Of a DNA stretch of 37,659 nucleotides, positions 28,468 to 37,069 are shown piece after piece. Position 1 is the stretch's first letter. Every line of letters starts with the position of its first letter. Both the position numbers and the translations under genes were made by a program. Below the pieces are notes generated by a model that was not told the DNA's origin, searched no databases, and saw only the letters and a program-made list of their open reading frames with translations. Source of the stretch: a virus (Duplodnaviria; Caudoviricetes); the IMG/VR virus record IMGVR_UViG_3300005805_000214, positions 1-37,659 of that record. One strand, given 5' to 3'.

Positions 28468-29381
28468 TCCATAGCTACAATGAGTGGGACGCTATTCAAG
28501 AAATCGTAGTTGGCAGAGCTGACTTTGCAAACTGGCCTGGTGACGATCCTGTGTTCTCCAAAGAAAGTGAAAAAACCACATGGAAGGAAACTCCTGTGCC
28601 TAGCGGCCCTGTTCCGGACTGGATCATAGACGAAGCCAATGAAGATTTAGATATGTTGGCCATGGTATTAGAAAAATGTGGAGCCACTGTTCATAGACCA
28701 AAAGAATTAAATTATCAAGAACGTGGTGGCATGTATGGATATTGTCCTAGAGATAGATTATTAATCTATGGAGATACAATTATTGATCCAGCAATGATGT
28801 ATCCTTGTCGTGACATGGAAATAGAAGCATTAGAAGAAGTTGTTTATCGTGCCGACAACGTACATCGTATGCCAAGAGGTGAAGGTATGATTCTTGATGC
28901 TGCTAATGTACTAAGATTAAATGACACACTTTTGTTTTTAGAAAGCGCCAGTGGAAATATTAAAGCAGCTAGATGGCTACAGAATAAACTTCCTGATGTA
29001 AACATAGAGGTTTGTAATTTTTATTCAGGCGTACATATTGATAGCACTATTGTTCCTTTACGTGAAGGATTGGTACTTGTAAACGCTAGTAGAGTTAACA
29101 ACGAAAATTTACCCAAGGTATTTAAGAACTGGGAAGTAATATGGGCCAATGAAGTTATAGAACAAAGTTTTTACCAATACCCATATGCAAGTAAATGGAT
29201 TGCTTTGAATATGCTTGTTGTAGATCCTACTACAGTTATTGTTGATAAGCAACAGACTCAATTAATTAAAACTCTTGAAGATTATAATATACTAGTTATT
29301 CCTTTGGAATTGCGGCATAGTCGCACTTTAGGTGGCGGTTTCCATTGTGTTACACTAGACCTAATCCGTAGAACTCAATAA
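28464..29381 (+). CDS. Amidinotransferase (glycine/inosamine-phosphate amidinotransferase family)
   Basis: SYNEWD.IQEIVVG, CPRD, DAAN, HIDST and R.LGGGFHC.TLDL.R. Confidence 0.9.
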   Translation: MIHSYNEWDAIQEIVVGRADFANWPGDDPVFSKESEKTTWKETPVPSGPVPDWIIDEANEDLDMLAMVLEKCGATVHRPKELNYQERGGMYGYCPRDRLLIYGDTIIDPAMMYPCRDMEIEALEEVVYRADNVHRMPRGEGMILDAANVLRLNDTLLFLESASGNIKAARWLQNKLPDVNIEVCNFYSGVHIDSTIVPLREGLVLVNASRVNNENLPKVFKNWEVIWANEVIEQSFYQYPYASKWIALNMLVVDPTTVIVDKQQTQLIKTLEDYNILVIPLELRHSRTLGGGFHCVTLDLIRRTQ

Positions 29382-29410
29382 ATAACTTACTAATAATAAA
29401 AAAGGTTATC

Positions 29411-30151
29411 ATGAGTTTTGAAAGTTATAGTGATTGCATTTTACAATCTTATATTTTACATCCAAAGGCAGCAGAGATTTTAAAACGAAAACATGAAATT
29501 TTAACAGAAGTTTCAAAATTTCACAATTACAATCCTGACACAATTTTATATGTTGGATTTAATCCTGCAATTTTGATTGATAAAACAAAACATATTTTTG
29601 TTACTTTGCACAGTAAAAAAGCGATTGAATTTTTAACAGCAGAAGGTATTAAATTCACAGACATACCATTTGATCAGTTAGCAAAATTTAAGAAAAATTT
29701 TGATGCTGTAATTGCATTAGATGAATTTTTTACATTTTCAAAAAATGACCAGTCGCAAAAAGAATTGGTAAATTTAATTTGTAACATTACTAAAGAATAT
29801 ATAATTACTACCTGTCGCGATTATAAAAATCAAGAATATAAAGACAGAGAATTTAGTTCTCCCGCTATTATTAGGCATAACAACTCAAAAACAATATATT
29901 TAGAGTTTCATGATCATGATTTACAAGACAGAAATACCTGGCAGTCAGAAGTTTTTGAAATTCAAAATAATCAATTAAATACTATTGGACCATTTGACCG
30001 TAGAGCTTTATTTTTTAAACAATTAGCCAAATTTACGGCAGATAATAATGCAGTAGATTTTATAGTACATAAAAACCTAATGTACAAAAGTATAATCAAG
30101 AAGAATTACGAGCACGTAATTAGTATTCGATTTGAAAATAATGAATCTTAA
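29411..30151 (+). CDS. Hypothetical protein, possibly degenerate SAM-dependent methyltransferase fold
   Basis: ILYVGF and FDAVIALDEFFTF resemble MTase motifs I and II only weakly. Confidence 0.45.
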   Translation: MSFESYSDCILQSYILHPKAAEILKRKHEILTEVSKFHNYNPDTILYVGFNPAILIDKTKHIFVTLHSKKAIEFLTAEGIKFTDIPFDQLAKFKKNFDAVIALDEFFTFSKNDQSQKELVNLICNITKEYIITTCRDYKNQEYKDREFSSPAIIRHNNSKTIYLEFHDHDLQDRNTWQSEVFEIQNNQLNTIGPFDRRALFFKQLAKFTADNNAVDFIVHKNLMYKSIIKKNYEHVISIRFENNES

Positions 30152-31415
30152 TGAACACGTAGAAAAAATTGTAGAGTCAATTATATCAGAAATAAGTGCC
30201 AACGTTACAAGTAAAGTTGACAGTATAATTTCCAGTACTATAAATGCTAGACTATCTACTTTTGACTTTGAAAGTTATGTGCAGCAGGCCTCTGCAGCAG
30301 CGGCCAATGCTGCCTTTGAAAAACGTGTAAACGAATACACCATCGATCCAAAAAAGCTAGAATCTAAAATTGTAGACAAAATTAATACTACAATACAAGC
30401 GGTAGAATCAAATACCGCAACGTTAATGGATGAAGCAGTAAAAAATAAAATAGCTGTTACCAATTTTAATGATTCTTTAACCAATTCTATTAGTAAAATA
30501 CTTTCGGATAGAATCTCAGAATTTGTTTTTCCAGAGCAAAGTATTAATGCATCAGCATTGAAGTTTGATGGAAGATATAAAATAAATGGAGATAATATTG
30601 CAAGCGGTCTTATACAAAACTTTAGTAGCACAGGAATTGATGATAGAGCTACTCAAGTTGCAATTACCATCTTAGATGAAACCACAGTTGTTGAAAACAA
30701 TTTACTTACTAAAGATTTAACTGTCGAAGGGTCAATGATAATAAATGGAGAATTTATTGTAAATGGATCTGTACCACACGAATCTGAATTTTTTAAAACG
30801 TTGGTTCATAATGCTGCCACTGGAGTAATTCAACGTATTGATTCTAATTTATTTGATAACTATAGTCGAACTATCTTTGATAAGATAAAAAATGAAGGTT
30901 TAGATCTTAATAAAATTACATTAAACACTAACGAAGTTATTAAGGATAATACTCTAGGACCGACAATAGTTAATAGTAATCTTCAAAAATTGGGTACATT
31001 AAAAGAATTGCAAGTTTCCGGAGAATCATTATTAGCAGAATCTTTTTATGTAACAAAAGGTAGAGTTGGAATTAATACCATTGAACCTAGTGCATCTCTA
31101 ACAGTATGGGATGATGAAATTGAAATTACCGCAAGTAAAAGACAAAAAGACGTTGGAAGTTTAGGAACCCCTAGGCCTCAAAAGTTTGTATTATTTGCAA
31201 ACAACAAAGATAACATTGTTTTAGACACAGACGGTTCGGTGACTGTTAATGATCTACGAATTGGATCAATGCGATTTACAGCATCGGATCGAACTCCCAA
31301 TTATGTCAGTGAAAGAAATCATGTAGTATGGAATACCAATCCTAATCCGGGTGGTCCAATGGGTTGGGTTTGCCTCGGCGGGTCAAATTGGGCTAATTTT
31401 GGAATCATTGACTAA
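30141..31415 (+). CDS. Putative virion/tail-fibre-associated protein
   Basis: Helical N-terminus, F.STGIDD.AT, IVNSNLQKLGTLKELQVSG, RVGINT.EP and C-terminal GW.C....W..FG.I. Confidence 0.6.
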   Translation: MNLNEHVEKIVESIISEISANVTSKVDSIISSTINARLSTFDFESYVQQASAAAANAAFEKRVNEYTIDPKKLESKIVDKINTTIQAVESNTATLMDEAVKNKIAVTNFNDSLTNSISKILSDRISEFVFPEQSINASALKFDGRYKINGDNIASGLIQNFSSTGIDDRATQVAITILDETTVVENNLLTKDLTVEGSMIINGEFIVNGSVPHESEFFKTLVHNAATGVIQRIDSNLFDNYSRTIFDKIKNEGLDLNKITLNTNEVIKDNTLGPTIVNSNLQKLGTLKELQVSGESLLAESFYVTKGRVGINTIEPSASLTVWDDEIEITASKRQKDVGSLGTPRPQKFVLFANNKDNIVLDTDGSVTVNDLRIGSMRFTASDRTPNYVSERNHVVWNTNPNPGGPMGWVCLGGSNWANFGIID

Positions 31416-31436
31416 AATCACGTATACTGTTATAAT
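31408..31436 (+). promoter_or_regulatory. Sigma70-type promoter heading the paralogue array
   Basis: TTGACT-17 nt-TATAAT with extended TG. ATG lies 5 nt downstream. Confidence 0.75.
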
Positions 31437-31441
31437 GCAGT

Positions 31442-31681
31442 ATGACTCTTACATTATCCGAATATCAATGGAACAAGATTTATCACCAAATCCGCGAGGA
31501 ATATGGTGATACGGTTGTTATAATCTCTTGGAAATTACGAGAAACATTAGGATTTACTGTACGTAGGCATAGAGATTACGACAAAACGCTTGGCCATATG
31601 GTCAACGATATTCGCTTAGACTTCTATGATGAACCTTCTATAACCTTTTTTCAATTAAAATATTTAAACACCGATGCCTAG
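31442..31681 (+). CDS. Small paralogue-family protein 1
   Basis: C-terminal LDFYDEPSITFFQLKY. Confidence 0.7.
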   Translation: MTLTLSEYQWNKIYHQIREEYGDTVVIISWKLRETLGFTVRRHRDYDKTLGHMVNDIRLDFYDEPSITFFQLKYLNTDA

Positions 31682-31937
31682 TGAAGTAAGCGTTCCGTTT
31701 AGTACAATGGAGGCAAAAAATAAAGAAATCACTGCCTGGTTAGAAACCCATGCTGGTCAAGGTAGTGCTCGCTATGGTGGTCGCGAAGGCGAAATTCGAC
31801 ATTGGCTCAACGGTGAAGATTGGTTGTACTATAATCAATATACCATTGGCGACTTAAATATTACCGGGCATCTCAATACCGTATTTGTTTTTCGTGATGA
31901 GCGTGTGGCAACAGAATTTGCACTGAGATTTGCTTGA
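31674..31937 (+). CDS. Small paralogue-family protein 2
   Basis: EITAWLETH ... FVFRDERVATEFALRF. Confidence 0.7.
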   Translation: MPSEVSVPFSTMEAKNKEITAWLETHAGQGSARYGGREGEIRHWLNGEDWLYYNQYTIGDLNITGHLNTVFVFRDERVATEFALRFA

Positions 31938-32143
31938 TGTTTACATTACCATTTGAACCTTATATTACTAATATTTTAAAATATTATGATATCAGCCCTA
32001 GTATTGATCCTGCTAATTTTTATCTGGGAATTTTAGATGAATATGGTGCAAGGGTAGTAGATACAAATATGTTTGGCGTTGGTGAATGGGATTTTGAAAC
32101 CGAAGAACAACGAACTCTTTTCATGCTTAAATTTGGATCATGA
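31937..32143 (+). CDS. Small paralogue-family protein 3
   Basis: TGATG overlap; WDFETEEQRTLFMLKF. Confidence 0.7.
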   Translation: MFTLPFEPYITNILKYYDISPSIDPANFYLGILDEYGARVVDTNMFGVGEWDFETEEQRTLFMLKFGS

Positions 32144-32490
32144 CCACTAACGCATATCTAGTATATTGGTGTGAAGAAGGATTAGAAAGTGTTGTTCCTA
32201 TCACCGAGTATGAACACATCGATACAGAAAATACATTTAGGATTCTTAACGATCAAGATCCAATTCGAAATCCTATGTATAGCATTATACAGATGATGAT
32301 TTTGCGTGGACAATTTAATACTCAAAGGCACTACGAACTATATGCCATTGATTGTGATAAAACTATAGATAAAGAAGATATAGAGAAAATGTTTGAGGAT
32401 GATCCGCAATCAGCAGCAGACTTGATTAGAAGTCGAGGTGTAAAAGTCTTCAGCGATCGTGCTGTAAAAAATCGTGTTAAAATTATATGA
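32140..32490 (+). CDS. Hypothetical protein (not in paralogue family)
   Basis: ATGA overlaps at both ends; WCEEGLE and N.QRHYELY motifs. Confidence 0.7.
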   Translation: MTTNAYLVYWCEEGLESVVPITEYEHIDTENTFRILNDQDPIRNPMYSIIQMMILRGQFNTQRHYELYAIDCDKTIDKEDIEKMFEDDPQSAADLIRSRGVKVFSDRAVKNRVKII

Positions 32491-32708
32491 AAATTGTTTG
32501 GGAAAGAGACACAGCACATTCTTTAATTGTAGTAGCTAGAATTGCCTACGATCATGGTGCTGTTACTCCTACTGGACTTAGAGATACACATTTAGATCCT
32601 GTACAGGATTGGTGTGTGCAAAATAAGTGTGGACGCAGAACATCATTTGATACATTTAAATTTCCTAATGAAAAAGAACTTGCTATGTTTTTGTTAAAGT
32701 GGAGTTAA
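32487..32708 (+). CDS. Small paralogue-family protein 4
   Basis: VQDWCVQN ... FKFPNEKELAMFLLKWS. Confidence 0.7.
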   Translation: MKIVWERDTAHSLIVVARIAYDHGAVTPTGLRDTHLDPVQDWCVQNKCGRRTSFDTFKFPNEKELAMFLLKWS

Positions 32709-32709
32709 T

Positions 32710-32904
32710 ATGGAAACTGCTATAGTTTGGTTATTATCGGTTCAGTTGTGGACCGATCCTCCTCCTAAAATTGCACTTATCTATCAAAAAGAATTTGCAA
32801 CACACGAAGAATGTATGCGTGAAAGAGCAACCTGGGACGAAAAGAAATTAGTAGCACTTTGCCTAATGAAATCTAAAAATGTCAGACCTGTTCCCCAAAG
32901 ATAG
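32710..32904 (+). CDS. Hypothetical small protein
   Basis: SD GGAG, hydrophobic N-terminus, F.T.EEC ... C pattern. Confidence 0.6.
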   Translation: METAIVWLLSVQLWTDPPPKIALIYQKEFATHEECMRERATWDEKKLVALCLMKSKNVRPVPQR

Positions 32905-33115
32905 TAGGTTTATAGCTACAGGCCCGTTTGACGAGGAAATGCCTCACTATTATATAGTCATTCGCGATTATCGTTGGTGGAATGACAACGAGAAAGATAT
33001 TTATTCGTGGATGGATGAGTGCTTGCCCCGAGGTAGAAAACATCAACAAGGCATGGTAGTAGTAATAGAAAACGAATCAGATGCCAGTAACTTCTTATTA
33101 AGATGGCAAGCATAG
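32879..33115 (+). CDS. Small paralogue-family protein 5
   Basis: IYSWMDEC ... VVIENESDASNFLLRW. Confidence 0.7.
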   Translation: MSDLFPKDSRFIATGPFDEEMPHYYIVIRDYRWWNDNEKDIYSWMDECLPRGRKHQQGMVVVIENESDASNFLLRWQA

Positions 33116-33312
33116 TTACATTACTAGATGTCCAAGACGACATACCTATAGCACTATGGGCTCAAGAACATTGTGCTAGTTTTACCGGTTGGCTAGTAAT
33201 AGACACGGATCATGATTCTCTTAATACAGATTATAGATTTTATTTTGAAGACGATAGGGATGTAACAAACTTTATTATGCGTTGGCAAGGACAATATGAG
33301 AGTATACAATAA
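33103..33312 (+). CDS. Small paralogue-family protein 6
   Basis: IALWAQEH ... FYFEDDRDVTNFIMRW. Confidence 0.7.
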   Translation: MASIVTLLDVQDDIPIALWAQEHCASFTGWLVIDTDHDSLNTDYRFYFEDDRDVTNFIMRWQGQYESIQ

Positions 33313-33493
33313 ACGCTATTGGCCATATCAATACCGTATGTTACCTGAACCGGATGCATGGGAACAGGCCTGTAGATTAGAAGCCTATTGTATTGATAAC
33401 TTCCAACGCAAAAACTGGACAGCTAACGGTTTATATTTTGCCTTTAAACGAAAAGAAGATGCCACGCTATTCTTACTAAGGTGGGGCGGGTAA
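33296..33493 (+). CDS. Small paralogue-family protein 7
   Basis: LEAYCIDN ... FAFKRKEDATLFLLRWG. Confidence 0.7.
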   Translation: MRVYNKRYWPYQYRMLPEPDAWEQACRLEAYCIDNFQRKNWTANGLYFAFKRKEDATLFLLRWGG

Positions 33494-33503
33494 AAACTTA
33501 TAA

Positions 33504-33788
33504 ATGGAATGGTTAATAGAATTTGTCAATGTTCGAGGTGAATATAATGAACTTATTAATTGGTTAATCGATAACATTGAGGATGTTAGAGATCGACAAA
33601 CCAACAAAGAATATTTTGGTAGACCACGACCCTTTCACTTTAGTGCTATTAGTCAGTTTGCAAAATTTCGAGGTATGACAAATAAATGGTATCTAGAAAT
33701 ACAAGGCAATAGACAAGTACCAACAGTTAGATTTTCTGACCAAGTTCCAGCTCGTACGATTGTAGAATTTGCATTAAAATATACATAG
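33504..33788 (+). CDS. Small paralogue-family protein 8
   Basis: LINWLIDN ... VRFSDQVPARTIVEFALKY. Confidence 0.65.
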   Translation: MEWLIEFVNVRGEYNELINWLIDNIEDVRDRQTNKEYFGRPRPFHFSAISQFAKFRGMTNKWYLEIQGNRQVPTVRFSDQVPARTIVEFALKYT

Positions 33789-33790
33789 AC

Positions 33791-33819
33791 TTGACTTTTA
33801 CTACATTACAAATTATAAT
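33791..33819 (+). promoter_or_regulatory. Sigma70-type promoter
   Basis: TTGACT-17 nt-TATAAT. ATG at 33825 lies 5 nt downstream. Confidence 0.7.
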
Positions 33820-33824
33820 TGAAT

Positions 33825-34022
33825 ATGGACAAAGAAATTATAGGTTGGGAACGATTACCTAGCGGTAATTGGCGTCCTGTTGAAGATCAAGGTGATGGTT
33901 ATTTTGTTACTGAAGCGTTTGTTACTTGTAACGAATGCCATAGATGTATTTCTGGATTTGGCGGTCCAAAAACGTATGCTCTGTGTATACGCTGTTTTAG
34001 CGAAGCCGAGAGGAAAAAATAA
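33825..34022 (+). CDS. Small Zn-finger-like protein
   Basis: CNEC ... CIRC pair. Confidence 0.6.
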   Translation: MDKEIIGWERLPSGNWRPVEDQGDGYFVTEAFVTCNECHRCISGFGGPKTYALCIRCFSEAERKK

Positions 34023-34270
34023 TGCACACAGATGCACTTGGCAAAGACATTTGTGTAGACGATTACGTAGCTTTTCCTCAAGCAAACAAATTAATGATTG
34101 GAAAAGTAGCACGACTAAGCGACAAAATGATTATCATTGAAGCAGTTGTTAAAAAACGTGTGAATCGTCGTACTGGAGAATACGTTGTAACTTATCGTAA
34201 ATATCCAAAAGATAGTGTAGTAGTGGATCAAACTGCTGGACTCACAATGTATGTTATAAGGAACACATGA
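34022..34270 (+). CDS. Hypothetical protein (SH3/KOW-like)
   Basis: D.LGKDI.V.DYVAF...L.IGKV pattern. TAATG coupled. Confidence 0.6.
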   Translation: MHTDALGKDICVDDYVAFPQANKLMIGKVARLSDKMIIIEAVVKKRVNRRTGEYVVTYRKYPKDSVVVDQTAGLTMYVIRNT

Positions 34271-35292
34271 TTAAACGCCTAGGCTTTGCATGCAAATGGT
34301 TAAATGATCCCTCAGAGTGTGGTGGCATGAAGGTAAATGCCAAGGACCGAGACCTTAACGGGCGTAGCACCACCATGCGTTGGTTACGTGAACATCCGGA
34401 ACAAGCCGAGCAGCGTCAATGGGATATCATGAATCACAATGCCGCTGCTGCGGTTAAAATGATTGAGCGTGTGGCTACACTACCTGCTGAACGCAGAATG
34501 GTTCGTTTGGGCAGCGAGATGTTGCAAGGCTATACTGAAAAAGATTGGCAGGCATGGTGGCAACAGGCTGATGTGCAACGACATCTAGAGAAAATATTTG
34601 CACCAATTGGTGAAACTGCTAGACGCTTAGATGTACGACTCAGCTTCCATCCTGGCCAGTTCTGTGTTCTAGCCAGTGAAAATGACAACATTGTAGAGAG
34701 ATCAATCGAGGAGTTTGAATATCATGCAAGCATGGCAAGATGGATGGGCTACGGCCTTGCGTTCCAGGACTTTAAAATCAATGTACACATCTCGGGCAAA
34801 CGCGGCCCAGCCGGACTCCGGGCTGCGTTACAACGCCTCAGCCCCGAAGCAAGAAACTGTATCACAATCGAAAACGACGAAATGTCCTGGGGACTTGAAG
34901 CCAGCCTTGAACTGGCGCACGATGTCGCATTGGTACTAGACTTACATCATCACTGGATCGCTACCGGAGAATATATTGACCATAGAGACGATCGTATTAA
35001 GAGGATTCAAGACAGCTGGCGTGGTCGTCGGCCTGTTGTGCATTATAGTATTAGCCGGGAAGATTTGTTGGTGGGCCATGACCCTAATACACGCCCTGAT
35101 CTTGCGACTCTTCTAGCAGCTGGTTACAAAAAACAAAAGTTACGGGCACATTCAGACTTTGCTTGGAATCGGGCTTGTAATGAGTGGGCTCTTGAACACA
35201 ATGAATGGGCCGATATCATGGTCGAAGCCAAAGGTAAGAATTTGGCTAGCGAGCAATTATACGAACAAGGGATGCAGTTAAGCAGTTGGTAA
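34267..35292 (+). CDS. uvsE: UV-damage endonuclease
   Basis: RLGFACK, RLSFHPGQF.VLAS, INVH, ITIENDE, VLDLHHH, HYS, AHSD and DIMVEAK.K.LA. Confidence 0.92.
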   Translation: MIKRLGFACKWLNDPSECGGMKVNAKDRDLNGRSTTMRWLREHPEQAEQRQWDIMNHNAAAAVKMIERVATLPAERRMVRLGSEMLQGYTEKDWQAWWQQADVQRHLEKIFAPIGETARRLDVRLSFHPGQFCVLASENDNIVERSIEEFEYHASMARWMGYGLAFQDFKINVHISGKRGPAGLRAALQRLSPEARNCITIENDEMSWGLEASLELAHDVALVLDLHHHWIATGEYIDHRDDRIKRIQDSWRGRRPVVHYSISREDLLVGHDPNTRPDLATLLAAGYKKQKLRAHSDFAWNRACNEWALEHNEWADIMVEAKGKNLASEQLYEQGMQLSSW

Positions 35293-36346
35293 AATCCTGA
35301 TACCAATCTTGCCTCAACATAAGACGTTGATTATGTTCTACGACGTCTTTTATTTTTTCTTGTATTTTTATAGGATCTTGTGCGGTTAGATATTTTGCTT
35401 GATCCATTGCCATTTGCCAACGACGTCGATCATTTTCCTCGGCATCATAACTTTCATCAATTACGCTATCAAAAGTTTGAAATCCAAAATTTCGTAAATT
35501 TTTTAGATATCCTTGCCCGGCTATAGCAATAAAAAGTCTACGCCCTAATATAGGTTTGACTATTTTTTCTGTATAAAAATTAAACTTGTTACTGGCGTTT
35601 GTTTCTGCAATAATGGAGTAATTACTGTCATTGTAGATAACAAAAGGCACTACTTGACTTAGATTCATACGATGACCATAATATCTAACCTGATGTACAC
35701 TGTGTGTGTAATCACTCTCAGGTAAAAATTCTAAACCTTCTGTTTCAAATATATGATCAGTTTTTCTGAGATCGACATTCCATCGTTGATAATAAGTCAT
35801 TATGACTTGGTCTATTAAATTATTGTTATGAATGTATTGAAAAATAAAATCTCTATGTGTTCTGCGGCAACCTAGTAGTATATCAAAAAATTTAGATTTA
35901 GGTGTCACAGTTAATTTTTCATTGAGCAAATTGGGTCTGACTGTATTATAAAAATATACTGTTGTTATAAACCAATCCATCCAAGTATGTACTTTTGCAT
36001 GCAAGAAGTCGTAATTAATAAAACCACAAATGTACAAACTTGTGTTTGGTTTATCTAATGTAATAAGTTGATCTACAGTATGCTGATGCAATTCTGAACA
36101 AAAAACAAATACATGATCACTTACATCGTAAGTCCGAGCAAATTTTTCTAACCAATTGGTATTATTGTGGAAAGGCACATGAAATACAGCCAATTTTTTT
36201 GAAAAGGAGCTGTTAATATAATTGTCTAGATTTTCTGATTCTAAAAAATAATTTTGAAAATCTAAATTATAATGTTTTAAATTATTGAAATGATAAAGAC
36301 ATGTGTTGGAGTCAAGATAGACCCCAACACTGTTCAAAGAAAGCAT
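35246..36346 (-). CDS. Putative glycosyltransferase (GT-B, GT10-like motif), paralogue 2
   Basis: YSIIAET...YTEKIVKPI..RRLFI...G..YLKNLRNFGFQTFD.VIDESYD. Confidence 0.6.
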   Translation of the reverse strand: MLSLNSVGVYLDSNTCLYHFNNLKHYNLDFQNYFLESENLDNYINSSFSKKLAVFHVPFHNNTNWLEKFARTYDVSDHVFVFCSELHQHTVDQLITLDKPNTSLYICGFINYDFLHAKVHTWMDWFITTVYFYNTVRPNLLNEKLTVTPKSKFFDILLGCRRTHRDFIFQYIHNNNLIDQVIMTYYQRWNVDLRKTDHIFETEGLEFLPESDYTHSVHQVRYYGHRMNLSQVVPFVIYNDSNYSIIAETNASNKFNFYTEKIVKPILGRRLFIAIAGQGYLKNLRNFGFQTFDSVIDESYDAEENDRRRWQMAMDQAKYLTAQDPIKIQEKIKDVVEHNQRLMLRQDWYQDFTNCLTASLVRIIAR

Positions 36347-36691
36347 TTATTTTGCTTTTGGCTTACGAGATTTTTTAGCTTTGGCCACTGTTTCTTCGAC
36401 TTTGGCTTTTGCTTTACGTCCGGCTTTTTTTGTTGCTTCAACAACAACCTTGGCGTCTTCAACGTCTACTCGACCATCTTTGTTTACATCTGCGACGGCC
36501 GTAACAGTTTCTTTAACCTCAGTTACCACAGCAGCAGCGTCTTTGACATCAATTTTCCCGTCATTGTTTACATCTAATTTTTTTGTAAAAGTTTGCAAAG
36601 GATGGTTTCCGGCTTGTTCACTCTTACCTTCCTTCCAAATCCACCAACCTACAACTCCTACTACAACCGCTAATAGAATAATCAATTCCAT
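36347..36691 (-). CDS. Membrane-anchored protein with two dockerin/EF-hand-like loops and Lys-rich tail
   Basis: N-terminal TM, DVNNDGKIDVKD and DVNKDGRVDVED. SD AAGGAG, with TAAATA upstream. Confidence 0.75.
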   Translation of the reverse strand: MELIILLAVVVGVVGWWIWKEGKSEQAGNHPLQTFTKKLDVNNDGKIDVKDAAAVVTEVKETVTAVADVNKDGRVDVEDAKVVVEATKKAGRKAKAKVEETVAKAKKSRKPKAK

Positions 36692-36766
36692 TTTAGTCTC
36701 CTTGATTTATACTGATATTTATTGATTAAAAATGGATAAATTAAATCATTATAGTAGTATAAAATA

Positions 36767-36798
36767 ATGTTGCGGCGCAATATAAATTATAGTATAAT
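36767..36798 (+). promoter_or_regulatory. Promoter with palindromic operator overlapping -35
   Basis: ATGTTGCG-G-CGCAATAT near-palindrome (36767-36783); TTGCGG-17 nt-TATAAT. Confidence 0.55.
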
Positions 36799-36827
36799 AA
36801 ACAAACATTCACCTTAAGGAGATTCAA

Positions 36828-37046
36828 ATGTTTACAGTAGATACTCTAGTCGACAATGCAGTCAAAACAACCAAATCAACCTTGGTCCATATTCCCAATG
36901 AGGACATTCGTACCAATATTGAAACTCTGGTTGATGCTAATGCAGCATTTTTCAAAACCGTGTATAACACAAGTTTTGAGTTGGCCAAGACAGTTGCTGA
37001 TTCAGCAATAGCTGCTTTCCCGAAGCAAACCGTTGCTAAAAAGTAA
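36828..37046 (+). CDS. Small amphipathic helical protein, phasin-like
   Basis: SD TAAGGAG. Ala/Thr/Val-rich amphipathic helices, with its own promoter and terminator. Confidence 0.5.
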   Translation: MFTVDTLVDNAVKTTKSTLVHIPNEDIRTNIETLVDANAAFFKTVYNTSFELAKTVADSAIAAFPKQTVAKK

Positions 37047-37069
37047 TATTGTTTTTTAAACAATTTTTG

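Noticed and set aside
31442-33788. Paralogue array as a diversity-generating retroelement target or recent tandem duplication
   Set aside because: No near-identical template/variable repeat pair or reverse transcriptase is present in the window. The similarity is only at the protein-motif level.
1304-37063. Shadow ORFs in the track (e.g. 1304-1489, 1580-1903, 4304-4678, 15618-15857, 19685-19924, 30275-30631, 33880-34140, 36381-36725, 36824-37063)
   Set aside because: They lie antisense or out of frame within well-supported genes and have no motifs or translation signals.
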